DNA of 64,000 nt, from assembly GCF_001194135.2 (NCBI RefSeq), contig NC_068984.1:43290890-43354889 (forward strand). The letters run 5' to 3'. The number at the start of each line of letters is the position of its first letter. Position 1 is the first letter of the stretch. Shown in pieces: positions 48,836 through 63,056 of this stretch. A program made the translations under genes and the position numbers. This DNA is from Octopus bimaculoides (lineage: Eukaryota). The notes beneath the pieces are model-generated. The model saw only the letters and a list, made by a program, of their open reading frames with translations. It did not search any database and was not told the DNA's origin.

Positions 48836-51800
48836 TGTGTGTGTGTGTGTGTATGTGTGTGTGTGAGCGTGTATATATGTTTGTGTGTGTGTATATGTGT
48901 GATTGTATGCATGTGGATATATGTACGTGTGTGTGTATGTGTGGTTGCATGAATGTGCATATATGTACGTGTATCCGTGTGTATGAAGAAAGGAAATTCA
49001 TTAATCTTTCCAAGCATCATTATCTACTACATAAACTTTTTCAAGTATATTTCTACTTAATTCTTTGGAACAAGTTACATAGATAAGAAAATGGAATTTC
49101 CAAAAGAGTCTGTCTGCAGACTTGCATACAGGATTATTGCTAAGTTAAAAAATAAAATAAAATTATTAGCAGTTATTGAAAACAGATACAGGAAAGAAAT
49201 ATCTTTTTTTTATATATATATAATTCTATGAAGAAAGGAGAGAAAAGTATATCGTTTCTACTAAGAATACTTTCTATTGCAAAGAATACAGAATTGTTAG
49301 GAAAAATACTCGTATAGACTTAAGTCTAAAGTGAGTCCTACCATTCATAAGGTCGGAACTTGAACCGGTTCCCATAGCATATAAATGGCTGAGGTTACAA
49401 TAATTCCCACTGAACGGGACGCCGGTCTGTTGCAGATTTGACTTTCCAGTTATTACTGAAATTAATTTATAACTAAGTGAGATGGAGTAACATGAACACA
49501 TCGCACCGTCCGGTTCAGAAAATGAAACACAACTTTACAGCTGTGAGTGTAACATCCTAACCACTAGTCCACGAGTCCACTTGTATATTGGGTTGAAAAT
49601 TCTAATGAGACTAAGAATTAAAATCCCTCATGTTGCATGATAATGATCATGAATGTGAGCTCTCGATAGACAGCATTTACGGGGATTCCGTGTATAGAGA
49701 TACGAAGGAGATCTATGTTTCTCTCTCTCCCACACATAACTAGTAGATATGGCTAGTATAGCTAGAATTAACGTATTTTTACGTATTCCATGTAGCATCA
49801 TAGCAATCAGAAGACGGTCTGCTTTAGAGCTGGAAAAACTTGGCAGAAAAATTTTTAATGAAACAGGACTTTTATCAACTTTTAGAAATATATTTCTTTT
49901 TTATACTCATCTACTTCAATAAATGTGTTCAAGTAGTTTTATGTACTTAAACCTCTTGAATACGTCACACTGATGAGAAGTGGAATTTTGAAATTGTCTG
50001 CCTATGATTAGAGAGGGGATAAATGCTAAATTATATTTATCAGTCGATAAGTCTTCATTTTACAAGGGAAAGAGAGAACAATAAATCACATTTCCTGCAA
50101 GGATATCCTCCTAGCAATATAGATTTAGGACATAGAAATATAAATAGAGAGACATGTGCACGCGTGCACATGTGTATGATGGTAAATGTATGTTTACTTT
50201 TTTTCTTTAACAACTTCATCCTTTGGACTGCGATCATATGTAATGCAGTGCCTCACAAATGGTATTTTCTGTTTGAGGCTTCATGATGCTTCCGCCTTCA
50301 TTTGCATTTCCTGGCGCAATATAGAATTACACAGTGAAAACTTCGTCATTTATACTTTGTGGTAGGATATTAAATGGCTGTAATTCTTTGAAATTCAGAT
50401 TTACTGCAACACCTAGTCTTTACAAGAAAAAGAGAGGCTGGCAGTATTGACATATCTTATGGTCAAGATTCTGATACAACAATCAATGCATAAGTTCGAT
50501 GCTAGACCCCCTACAATTATTGAATTTCTTTTGCGTCTTCGTTACAGGAAGTAATCTACAAAAATTCGCGCGCGTGCGCAGGACTTTTGGGTTTGCTTAT
50601 AATTCATATAGTGAGCTTGGGACCATTAAGTGAATGCAGTGACTGGGAACAAATGTTTTTAACAGAGAAAGAATGACCTTCATTGTTCTGGTGCTCGGTG
50701 AACTTAGGTTCCATCCCGCCCACTGTTTGTACATCATTTTATGATACGGCATTCCCAGATGCAACACAGATTCGAGTTTCGCATTGTAATCGTTTTTGGC
50801 TATGTGCATGCAAGTTGCAAGACTGAAAATAGAGTGTGTAAAGTTACACACTCTATTTAGTATTGTTGTTTTAGTATTGCAATAGTATTGATTTTTTTTT
50901 CTAGTAACCTGTTTGTAGCATCAATGCTCTTGTGTAGACTCTAGTGATAGTAAGAATCAAAGGTTGTTTTGATACTTACTATCACTAGTTTATATAGGAA
51001 GGTTGACTGTACTCATAACCTGATAACGATGGTCATATCCACAGGTGGTAAATCAAGTGATAGTACACTGAGGTACGTCACTTTGGGTTTTTCACTTTAC
51101 TTATAAGGCCAGGATCGCTGCAACAAATTGACTTCTGTTCTTTATTAAGTCATGCAGCTACACTCTTAGTTTTTCCCTCATGCCAAAATCGCATAACTTT
51201 GTCTGAAGCCTTCTTTCAGAGTCCAGGCGGAACAGCCGTTTTAACGTCCAGTCATAATGATATAGTGGCTGCATGAAGTAATTTTTGCTAGAGTTGAAAC
51301 CACTGTAGATATTACTTGGCATATCATTCCATGATCTTACTGATATTCGAGTTCTGAGGAAAATGCTGACAATTTTTAGCATTTTCTCTACAACATCACT
51401 TATGGACTATGCATATATATTTCATCAGCTTTTTAGTAAGCCTACCACTTTAAAGAGATACTTGGAAAAATATCTGAAATGATTTGGTTAGAGTGTTATT
51501 TTTCATATTTTTAGGATGATTGTTTGGAAACCACCAAGGCCAGCTGCTGAGTTCAGATACCCGTTATCTATGGTAGCTTTTTCATCAATTTCTTTTATGC
51601 CAATAGAAGTTGCAAAATTGAAGAACTTTGCTGGCTCAGCTCTTTGCGTTTGTCGACATGCATGTATACTACTGGATTAAGAAAGAGACCTGCAATCTGC
51701 ACTGGCTCGATATATTTTCTGTGTAAAACAATATGAAACTGAAGCAATTAATGTCAACAATGCAAGCAATATGCTATTTTTATCATATATCCTCCAGAGA

Positions 51801-52007
51801 GGAAGACTAGTGTTCACAAAAAGTATAATTCTCAGAGACTAAAAAATTCCCATGAGACAAAGAACATAAGTCTCAATCACTTAAATGAGGAGGTAAAACA
51901 ATTGACAAAGAAAAATCCCATATAATGGTTCTCTTAGAACTGAGACCATTAAAATGCATCCGCGAATACAAGGACCGAAGGAAACAAAAAACAACGCTGT
52001 GATATTC

Positions 52008-52009
<2 letters not shown>

Positions 52010-52092
<83 letters not shown>
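52010..52092. repeat. (TTA)n microsatellite
   Basis: Direct inspection. Confidence 0.97.
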
Positions 52093-52094
<2 letters not shown>

Positions 52095-52349
52095 TAATAC
52101 TTAGAAAATATATTACTTTAGGTCCTCAAAAATTAAGTGAAATATTGAATGTGCAATTGAAGTATTATTTTACTATTCCACTTGTAAATGTACAAATAGA
52201 CAGCTAGAGGAATTTTTCGAATCTGAAGTTCTGCAAAGGGAACTCACAACCATTAATCAAATCTATATAAAAGCAGTAACATCTTGCCATAGGTAAAAAG
52301 AAAATGAAATCAATTTATAATATACTGAAGCAAGAATACAAGTTGTTGC

Positions 52350-52720
52350 ATTCAGTGGTGCTCTTAGGAAAAGCGAATAATTCTGAGCAAAGGGCTTCGA
52401 GGAACTATTTTCGGAAGGTTAGTGTTTGTAATAGCTGTTACAAAACACAACTATTAGAACAGCAATTCTCGCTAGATTTGGTAATGATATCAAAATATCA
52501 AAACTAATGAAGAATTCTGATGATATCAACAAGCTACAAAAATGAGCCCAATGTTATATATAGGTAGGTTGATGAGTAAACACGAAATTCTATGCAGGAA
52601 AGTTTTTCAAAATCTGCTAACAATTTATTGTACAGTCTGGTTGCACTACGCTAGGAAATATTATAATCCCACCTTCAGAATTTGTGCATGACTTAGGAAT
52701 TATGAGTAATGAGGAATCAA
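52350..52720 (+). pseudogene. CR1-type LINE RT remnant
   Basis: ARFGNDIKISKLMKNSDDINKLQK (~FADDTKI....D...LQ) and GNIIIPPSEFVHDLGIMSN (~VKDLGI) in the correct order. Confidence 0.65.
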
Positions 52721-53088
52721 ATTCAAGCGATTGAGATTAAGATCACAACGTAGATATTTATTTCTAGTCGGTAGAGTTTATTGCTTCGATCTATGGTGAC
52801 TTCAGTGTGTCAGGCTCACTACGGAAGCTGATGCAGTTTAAATGCCCTACAAGAAGAAAATTGTCTCCATGTATCAGCTGAACTACTCGTAGATGTTCCA
52901 AGAAGATTTAGCCATATGAGGTCAGCGGCATCATATTCTCTCAAACAGGAAACACAGAACTGTATCTGAAGCAGTATTGATGGTGATGCTCCGGAGAGCT
53001 CGTACTTTACTGGCTGGGACCAGTAAAAGGGTATAAATACATTGCATACACATAAGTATATACTTGTGTATACGTGTCATTCTTTTGT

Positions 53089-53194
<106 letters not shown>

Positions 53195-53779
53195 ATTGTT
53201 AAAGAGGACAACAAACGTTGAGGCAAGGCAAACATATCAAGTCATATACATTAATCATTGGAAATGATTCAAAGTTTGACAGCTGTTTCTGGGATATCCC
53301 AGAGTATAGGATATTCCGTCATCGGAGACAAATAAGGAAAATGAGAAGGTATAGATTAATGAAATGACGACATAGAGGACAGGACTAAATGAATAAGGAG
53401 ATGAAGGAAGAGAAGAAAAAAGAAGCATAAAAGTTCACAGTTCAACTTTCTGGCCGTGTAAAAGTACGTCTGTAAGTCTTACATGGATTTACGCAGGATT
53501 GCGCCTAACTTCTACACGATGGGAAAGTTGAACTGTGAACTTTTATGCTTCTCTTTTCTTTCCTTCTTTCATCTTATTCTTTTACTCCTGTCCCCTATGT
53601 CGTCATTTAATTAATTTATGCTCTTCTCATTTTCCCTATTTGTCTCCGATGACGGAATATCCAATACTCTGGAATATCCCAGAAACAGCTGTTAGACTTT
53701 GAATTCTTTTCCAATAATAATAAAGTATATGACTTGAGATGTTTGCCTTGCCTTAACGTTTGTTGTCCTATTTAACAAT
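53195..53779. mobile_element. Foldback element / long-TIR MITE
   Basis: Arms of ~255-270 bp are reverse complements (attgttaaa.aggacaacaaacgtt.aggcaaggcaaaca ... aagttcacagttcaactttc) around a ~45-70 bp spacer; no ORF; TSD not clear. Confidence 0.85.
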
Positions 53780-53937
53780 TATATATCCGCTATATCGGAA
53801 ATCTGCAATGGCTCCATAACTACCGTCTCGGCTATAACCTTGGAGACCTAGTAATCCTAATCCGTTACAGTACTTACCTTGCGTACTTAGTCGTTAAGAT
53901 CACCCGTGAATTAAACCCCCATATTTTTTTTTGTGTG

Positions 53938-54019
<82 letters not shown>

Positions 54020-54132
54020 CATATATGTGTGTATGTATATATATATGAATGTATGTATATGTACACATATATAGAAAAAATAGAGATAGACAGCTAAAAT
54101 AGAGATAGACAGCTATATATATACAAACTTAT

Positions 54133-54179
<47 letters not shown>

Positions 54180-54364
54180 TATTGAAGTTCATGTGTAAGT
54201 GCGTATGAGTGTGTGTGTGTTCACATTTGTGCGCATATTTCTATATATGAATATGCTTGCGCTGATCAGCATAAGAAAAGTATGTGTGCCACTGTTTATA
54301 CAAGGCGCGCGCGAATTTGAGAAAGACAGAGACAGAGTTCGAGGGAGAGAGAGGGGGAGAAAGA

Positions 54365-54399
<35 letters not shown>

Positions 54400-54774
54400 A
54401 GGAGAGAGAGAGGGAGAGATAGAGAGAGAGAGAGAGAGAGGACTTATATGTAAATGCATTTATGTCTGTATTTACACACACACACACTTGATTTGTCTTA
54501 TTGAAATGTAGTGCCTGAAAATATTGGCTTCTGCCCAAGAAAATGTGTTTATACATATGCTGCATACTCAACACACGCAATTGTGTGTTTACGTATGTGT
54601 ATGCATCTATGTGTGTGTGTGTGTATGTGTGTGTGCGCGCGCACGCACGCTTATATGGTATATATAGAATATATAGCACATCTGTATATACATATAATAT
54701 TAAATACTATATATATATATATATATCTTTATGTATATTACATATATTATATATTTATACTCTAACACACGTTC

Positions 54775-54820
<46 letters not shown>

Positions 54821-54970
54821 GAAAGAGAGAAAGAGAAGTGCATCTTAAGTGTGTCTGTAAACATTTAACTTTAGTGAAATAGAAATAAACAATAATTGTA
54901 CCTCCGAGACACATTTATCTTATCATACGCATACGTCACCTAGTAACGGCCATATTTGGTGGTAATCTTC

Positions 54971-55015
<45 letters not shown>

Positions 55016-55050
55016 GATAATAATAATAACAACAATAACAACAATAATAA
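54971..55050. repeat. (TAA)n/(CAA)n microsatellite
   Basis: Direct inspection. Confidence 0.95.
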
Positions 55051-55465
55051 TGTGTAGTAAAAATAAAACAAAGACAAATAAACAAAACTTAAGATGGTAT
55101 TTTTTTATATAAAGAAAACAAGATCTTTCTCTTGCGTGCGTATGTGTGTATATGTGTATATATTTCTTTTATCTTTTTCTTCCTGAATGATTTATCCGGT
55201 TTCTGTTGGGCTGGAAATTAATGGAGAAATAATGTTTCATCAAGCTAGCTAATTTTCTGACTTCAGTTCCACATCAGGTAGTGGTTGCCATAACGTAGAA
55301 GCTACTAAAAGAATGGAGGATAAAGATTATTCCCGAATCATATGGACTCATAAGGCTGGTTTTCTGGTTTATGTGACGTATGTATCTCCCCACCACCTGA
55401 CTGAATGTGCAATTGAAATGTGACTGCCAAAAAAATAACATTTTAATATTCAATTTTTTTTTAAA

Positions 55466-55467
<2 letters not shown>

Positions 55468-55550
<83 letters not shown>
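55468..55550. repeat. (TATC)n microsatellite
   Basis: Direct inspection. Confidence 0.97.
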
Positions 55551-55551
<1 letters not shown>

Positions 55552-57129
55552 CATTGACAAATAAATATATCGATGGGTGGACGGTGGAAAGAGTGCTTAT
55601 ATTTGATATAATAATAAACTTATCAAAGATAGAAAGATAGAGTTTTCAATGAAAGTGAAATAACTTATCAAAATGACCTTGGATGTTATTTCCTTTTGCA
55701 AAATTTGTTATTCGAATTTTGTATTGTCAGACTAGATAGATACATCGACAGCAAGAAAACTAGATATAAAGAAACACTTGAACTGAATTGAAATGAAATG
55801 AAAATAATCTTGGTTGGCAAACGATTTAGACTGAACTATGTTACTGAAAACTTTAAAGATGGTAGTGGTGAGGATGATGATGGTGGCGGTGATGAGTGGA
55901 TAGTGAAAAGTGTTGCTTTTGTTTTCGTCTATCACTTGACGCATGCACATAAGTGCGATTATTTATCGTCTGCCAGCTTGAAAATGGATATTTGTTTATA
56001 AAATATGGATGACAGACGATGTAAGCTAACAAGAGACAGAATGGGACGGTTTAGGCATCACTGTAAAGAGAAGCTGAGGGCTGAATCATTAAAACAAGTA
56101 CGGTTGCAGCAGCATAGAAGGCAATTATGAATAAAAGGGAGTAAAGTGAGTATTTAAAACTGATAAGAGAACGTGTTCAAGACAGAATAGAAAATGAGAA
56201 TGAGAGAGAATGTAAAAGAAACTCTCCAAACAACAACAACAAAAAAACTGTAAACATATGCCTGAAAGTTACAACATTAGTAACATGAATATTCCCTGTA
56301 ATCATTGTTACAATGATCTTAGATTTACAATTTTAGATTTTTAATGAACCACTAAACGGCAGAGAGAATGGGAAAGCAATTACAGTCTCATCCAAAAACA
56401 CTGAAATTTATTTTGAAATGAAAATAAGGCAGAATATACAATTTCAAAAGAATCTAACTTTTATGGTTCTATATAAACTTTCAACCATCTACAAAATTTC
56501 GTATTTACTGTGGAATTTCCACGGATACTGCTAGTAAAATATAAAGGCTAAGTGTGCAGGGTAGGTAACCACTGTTTTACGCGATCATTTGATCTGATAG
56601 AAATAGCTGCTATATCTCTTTCAAACCATCTCTCGTTCTTGAACCAGAGCTCGTTAGCTAAAGCGGTCCTGGATTTTCTGCACCCTCAAACAAGACTGTA
56701 TGGTCAATGCACTTGATCGTAAGTTTGAGTCACAGTGTGATAGAGCGACAGAAAATGTAAGAGTGCCGGACTAAAATACTCTGCAGTATCCGATTATGTG
56801 GTGGTGGTGGTGGTGGTGGTGGCGGCGGCGGCGGCTATGGTAGATTGGTACAACTGTGTCAGACAAAATGCCTTACAGTATATGGTAGTAGTCCTGATAG
56901 TTTAACTGAGGATCAACTTTTTCATTTATCCTTCCCGGGCTAATAAAATAAAGTATCTTCAAGTACTGGGTCGATCGATATAACCGATTATTCTCTTCCC
57001 TAAAGAAATCAATATGGTTATTCACTTCTTGCTGAACACCTCTGGTCACTGAAAGGTTAAACAATTAACACTATTTAACCGCGATCGTATGAGGGATAAA
57101 TACTTATTAATGATTTCTTACATATGGAG

Positions 57130-57710
57130 AAGGCCGGAAATTTGTGGTGGGGAAGGAGCAGTCGATTGTATCGACACCTGTACTGGATTAGTACTTTATA
57201 TTATAGACCCTGGAGGATGAAAATCAAATCAAACCAGGGATTTGAATCTAAAGGATTGTGCTGAAATGGTTTTTAATATAATCACAAGGTTACAAGTTTG
57301 AGGGTTGTGATTAGTCAATTAAATCGATCCCTTTACTTGACTAATACTTTATTCTATCGGACTTGAAAGGCAAAGTTGACCTCGGAAGAATTTGAACTTA
57401 GAACGTAAAGAGCTTGGACGAATACCACAGAACTTGGACGAATACCACAGCCTGACGATCTAACGATTCCGCACTTCCCACCACTTTATAAATAAATAGT
57501 TTCTAATTTAGGCGCAAAGCCAGCAGTTTTATGAGAAGGTTTGTCGATTGAATCGAACCCAGTATTTGACTTCTACTTTACTTTATCGACTCCCACCCTC
57601 CGATTGGATGAAAAACAGTGCTGACCTTGGTGAGATTGAAATTCAGAACGTAAATAGCTAGAGCAATGCTGAAAAGCAAGAGTCCGATGCTCTAATGATT
57701 CTGCCAATTG
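57130..57710 (-). mobile_element. Three consecutive decayed SINE-B copies
   Basis: Three repeats of the pattern gtcgatt...atcga..c...tact..ttttat...ga....gaaa...gatttgaa at ~57130, ~57290 and ~57500; 20-bp internal duplication (cttggacgaataccacag x2) at ~57413-57450. Confidence 0.7.
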
Positions 57711-58155
57711 AATACAGTAGACACAAGAAGTGAAGTGGCTATTCACAGTATGTGACAGACGGGCTATTTGTTTTGATGGTAGCTGGCCGTACCTGCCCAT
57801 CGCTTTAGTTAGAAACCGAAAGTTAAGCATGTGGTCTTGTCATATTTCTAGATGCGACTGATAGATGACCCTGGTTGTTGCTCTCTATATTTTTAACTAG
57901 CAAAGAAATTATGAGAGTGACGTCAAGAAGGGTCGTGATGAACGTTTCCGATCGGAAAAGAAATAAGAAAGCATTTTTTTTTGTTTCTAACGCAGAGAAA
58001 ATACAATAAAACAAAAAGAATTTGAACATTCTAAGGCCAACCGGTGAGTGGAACTAAAGTTTTAAAAGATTGAATAGACAAATAAAAAAAAAGGAAGATT
58101 TTGTTAGAAATTCACGCTGGAATCAACTTTGTGTGTGTGTGTGTGTGTGTCTCTT

Positions 58156-58193
<38 letters not shown>

Positions 58194-60019
58194 TCTCACA
58201 AAAGAGCTTTGTGTCTCGACAAAGAAATATTCTATCTCTACTTCTTGGATGGGATATCAAATAAAAAAAGTTTTGCGGTATTTATTCTTATATTTTTTTT
58301 AAATTATGAGTTCAAACCACACTGGATAGAGACACGATAACTTAATTGCTAGCAAAATACTGCAGTTTCCTGACAGAATGAATCAACTCCCATCCAAATA
58401 AAGCCCACATGTTTCAGTAATGTAGTTCTACGATGTAATATTACAGTAAGTTCTTGGTGAACTGAGTCTATGATCAAGTTCCTATTCTCAGTTGGGGCCA
58501 TTTCCTTTCATTGGTAACGCTAATTATTGTCACTAAACATTATGCTGTCGCAATGTCAATAATAATAATTTTCGCATTCGCTCATGGCACGTTCTTAGCA
58601 ATAACGCCTGCTGATTTCCCCGCTAAGCCTTCCTTTTACTTGCTATTCTATCTATTGTACGAATAAAAATAAATTTTATCTTAAACACCCTACTCTAAAA
58701 ACATCGAAAGTATGTGATGTCAACCATATAAAACGGTTGTTTGGTTTTCTAAATATACCAACGCTTACTGACATTACAGTACTGAAATCCTACATAATGA
58801 TACCCTTATCACTACTTCGATAAGTAAGATGAAGTTTCTGCTTCGCTGTGGAGGTTTAATAATACAGAAACTTTTTCTTAGTTGTTTACTGTAATTGTCG
58901 ACATGACAGAAATAATGTAAAGCTACTTGAGCTAATATGTCCCCTTATCGCCGCCTTAGTATATCTATATTGATTTTTGATGCTTTGCATTAAATATGTT
59001 CAACCGTACAGGAGTAACTCATAACACGGGCATGAAGATGATTCTATGTCTTCGTTTGATCAGCTACAATCAAGTCTCCCTAAAGTCATACCGTACCGTC
59101 TTTGGAAAATGTATACACTGTTTTAAAAGAACCGACAGTATGGTCGTATCTAGGATGGTAGCTGACTTGAGATCAAGCAGCAGCATTTCATCATTCTGAT
59201 TCTATTTAAGAAAGTAAAACGTCACAGGATTCTATTTCCTTTACAAAATATCAGAGCTATGACACTACGACACTTCTATTTCTTCTTTTAGAACTACTTT
59301 TATTCAGAATTCTCACCAGCGATCATAAAGTGTATTCAAATCATAGTGGGTACGGGATCAAGGAATTCAGTGAATGAATGTCATTGAGAAACGGATGTCA
59401 TAATCCAATGTTCGCCTTATCCGTAACATATTTCACCGGAACTTGTATCAGAACGAGTCATCGTTGTGAACAGTTAGGGTGGAGTGGATATTTCAAGTAG
59501 AGTTAAAAATAGAAAATGTGGTAATACGGAGAAGAACATTTAATATCCATTTAACTATTTTAAAAGTAAACCAAATTCCTTTTCTCTTCGAGTGTAGTGT
59601 CTTGGCATTTATTATATAGAAACATTTTCCATGGAATTTTTCTTATAAATAAAACTCCCGAAATAAAATCCCACCTGTTGTAGTTGTCGACGTTTTTCTA
59701 ATGATAGTTGCTTTTTAGGTCAATTGACCGAATTGATAGGGTATCAGTTTAACAGGCAAACATTAAAAGGATCATATCCGGTCACTGGTATTGCAGGATA
59801 TTTATATCGCAAATCCACAACTCATGCTGAATCAGCTCACTTAATTATGAATAAGTACAACGAGAGAAATAGATGTAACTCATTACTGCCAAGTTCAAAT
59901 ATTACTGTTTTGTAACATAAGATTCATTTGCTTTTTTTTTTTTTTTGACATGGCCAGAAGATATCTTTTTAGTTTAGGAAACATGAAAGTTGTTGCGTTC
60001 ATTGCGTTTATATATATAT

Positions 60020-60205
60020 ATATTCTTTTATTTTGTTTCAGTCATTTGACTGCAGCCATGCTGGGGCACCGCCTTTAGCCGAACAAATCGACCCCAGGAC
60101 TTATTCTTTGTAGATGACAATGCACTAGGTTCCACGCAGTGGGACTGAACCCGGAACCATGTGGCTGGTGAGCAAGCTACCTACCACACAGCCACTCCTG
60201 CGCTT
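60020..60205 (-). mobile_element. SINE family A with a large internal deletion
   Basis: Tail (ttattctttgta) is joined via ~15 unrelated nt to the head (ccacgcagtgggactgaacccgg...cctgcgc). Confidence 0.85.
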
Positions 60206-60893
60206 ATATNNNNNNNNNNNNNNNNNNNNNNNNNNNNNNNNNNNNNNNNNNNNNNNNNNNNNNNNNNNNNNNNNNNNNNNNNNNNNNNNNNNNNNNNNNN
60301 NNNNNNNNNNNNNNNNNNNNNNNNNNNNNNNNNNNNNNNNNNNNNNNNNNNNNNNNNNNNNNNNNNNNNNNNNNNNNNNNNNNNNNNNNNNNNNNNNNNN
60401 NNNNNNNNNNNNNNNNNNNNNNNNNNNNNNNNNNNNNNNNNNNNNNNNNNNNNNNNNNNNNNNNNNNNNNNNNNNNNNNNNNNNNNNNNNNNNNNNNNNN
60501 NNNNNNNNNNNNNNNNNNNNNNNNNNNNNNNNNNNNNNNNNNNNNNNNNNNNNNNNNNNNNNNNNNNNNNNNNNNNNNNNNNNNNNNNNNNNNNNNNNNN
60601 NNNNNNNNNNNNNNNNNNNNNNNNNNNNNNNNNNNNNNNNNNNNNNNNNNNNNNNNNNNNNNNNNNNNNNNNNNNNNNNNNNNNNNNNNNNNNNNNNNNN
60701 NNNNNNNNNNNNNNNNNNNNNNNNNNNNNNNNNNNNNNNNNNNNNNNNNNNNNNNNNNNNNNNNNNNNNNNNNNNNNNNNNNNNNNNNNNNNNNNNNNNN
60801 NNNNNNNNNNNNNNNNNNNNNNNNNNNNNNTATAATATATATATATATATATATAATAATAATTTTACAGAGGATAAGTTTGGCACAAAAATG

Positions 60894-60949
<56 letters not shown>

Positions 60950-62897
60950 AATAGCATTGAGATGCATGAGATATCGTAAGGACTGACATGGCTTAAAGGC
61001 TTTTGGTGAAGTGTTCATGCAAGGAAGCGGAATTGGTGAGGGAAATCTCACGAAGAAAGTTTTAATATTGGAAATTAATATGTAGGGTACAAGATTTTCG
61101 GTCTGTCGTTAAAACTGAGAAACAGCGAAATATATTGAAGCTTATTATTGGTTACATAATCTTCAATTAACATTAAAGTTCTTTGTCATCATTCTGGGAA
61201 CGAACTTCAGCCAATACTTGACAGAGATCATTATAAAATCACAACTTCCCATTAGTCCCACGACCTCATTGACTTAATTGTTTTTATTTTTTTCTCTTGT
61301 ATCACAGTGGGTTAATTCATTAGACTAAACAAGTGGAGAATGCTTCTAGTAACAACACCAAATACTGTTTCCAGTAAGATCAACATTTCCGTTAATAACA
61401 ATAAATAATGTTTCCAAATCAATAGCATCAACAACAAAAGTAGCACTTCTATCCTTATCTGCAACATCAAATCTAACAAGCCAAGCACTCCCAATATCAC
61501 TGCTATCATTACCTCAAGCAGACACAGACACAAATATGGGAGCGATGCTTTTAGATGTTAAGAGGAACAATCTGTTCTATTCCGTTTCGTTCTTTACAGA
61601 TAAATTTCTCAAATTTCGAAATAATTACGTCATTATAGAGGCGGAAGCGAGGTTTGGACTCAACGACGGCGAGGCTGATAGTGGTGTACTACAGGTGTGT
61701 AACTGGTATTTTATAATCCCATTAATTTCTGTTGTATTTACTGCACTATGCAAGCCAACTTCCTTCGTATACAACAGACCTGTTGTTAGATAAGGAGTAG
61801 TTGTTTTAGTGTATTTATCAGATTTCAATGTAAGCTTGTTTATTTGCCTTACTTTGCAGTAATTTTAGTCTTACGACATTGAAAACACATTATTAAATTG
61901 AAAGAAATGAGAAGAAAATTGTTTTATAATGCTTCACCTCGCAGTTTTATTTGTAATCGTCAAGTTTTTAACTTATATTGTTTTTCACTCTACCCTCTCT
62001 AATAATTGGCCTTATGCCTAAGTAGGAAATTATTATCTTATTTCAGTTTCTTCTTTCATTTGTATATCTTTCAGGTGACTGTACCCGTCGCACATTTAAT
62101 TTACCTGTCCGCCTGTCGCTGTTTATTCTCTTTCTTTCATTTTCGCTCTGCCTCCGTGTGTTTCCCACTTTCTCTCATATATATTCTCGCCTATAAAAAG
62201 AGTATTTATGTATCTCTTTCTCTATTTGTGTCTATTTTTATATTGTTATGTTTGTCTGTCAGTTTGGCTATCTATAAAGTAGCTAACAAGCTACGTCTGT
62301 CTCTTACCGCTTGTGTTTGATTCTACATTCCGTATGTAAGCTTGTGTTAATCTTTTCTATCTATGTTTTTATCTATCTTACATTGTATCTATAACCAAGG
62401 TTGCCAACAGATATAAGCCTCCTCACTCATTACGATCAGAAATTTCATAAATTCTATATTCGTCTGCATTTATTTGTTTGACCGTGTAGCTAAATTTGAA
62501 GCAAAAAATTGAGATCGTATGTTGCACTAATGAAAAATTAAAATCTGTCTGAGAGATACCAAAACTAATTTTTCAGCTGGTTTAAGAGTAAACAAGAAAA
62601 CAACTTTGAGATCTAGCAACACATTTTCCTCCACAATGTAAGTGTTAAGATAAAACACTCAGGCATTCATGTCGCAGTAATTGAAGAAACATACTACCAG
62701 AACCCAAATCAGACACTTTCATAGCGAAGACTGTCTTGTAACGTACATAAAAAAAACTTGTGTAACAAGAGGGGCTGAATAGTATGTGAATGCAGGAATC
62801 ACTAAGTGTAAACAAGATATACATAATTATATATATATATACATATATAATATTTATAACACGAATGTTTACAATTATTAAATTTGAATCACTATTT

Positions 62898-63056
62898 AAA
62901 GTGGTGAGCTGGCAGAATCGTTACAGCACAGGGAAAATAACTAACGAAATTTCGTCCGCCTTGACGTTCTGAGTTCAAATTCCGCCGAGGTCGATTTTGT
63001 CTTTAATCTTTTCGGGTTCGATAAAATAAGTGCCAGTTGCGCCAAAATTTGAAACT
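62898..63056 (+). mobile_element. SINE family B with a short 3' deletion
   Basis: gtggtgagctggcagaatcgtt...gttctgagttcaaattccgccgaggtcga...gccaaaatttgaaac. Confidence 0.88.

Noticed and set aside
51158-51382. 74-aa ORF that looks like an exon (SWNDMPSNIYSGF...)
   Set aside because: No convincing splice pair; WN.(L/M)P..I resembles a LINE ORF2 C-terminal motif, so more likely a retroelement remnant. Unresolved.
61312-61533. Hydrophobic 73-aa ORF
   Set aside because: Low-complexity A/C-rich degenerate repeat on the opposite strand; no splice or homology support.
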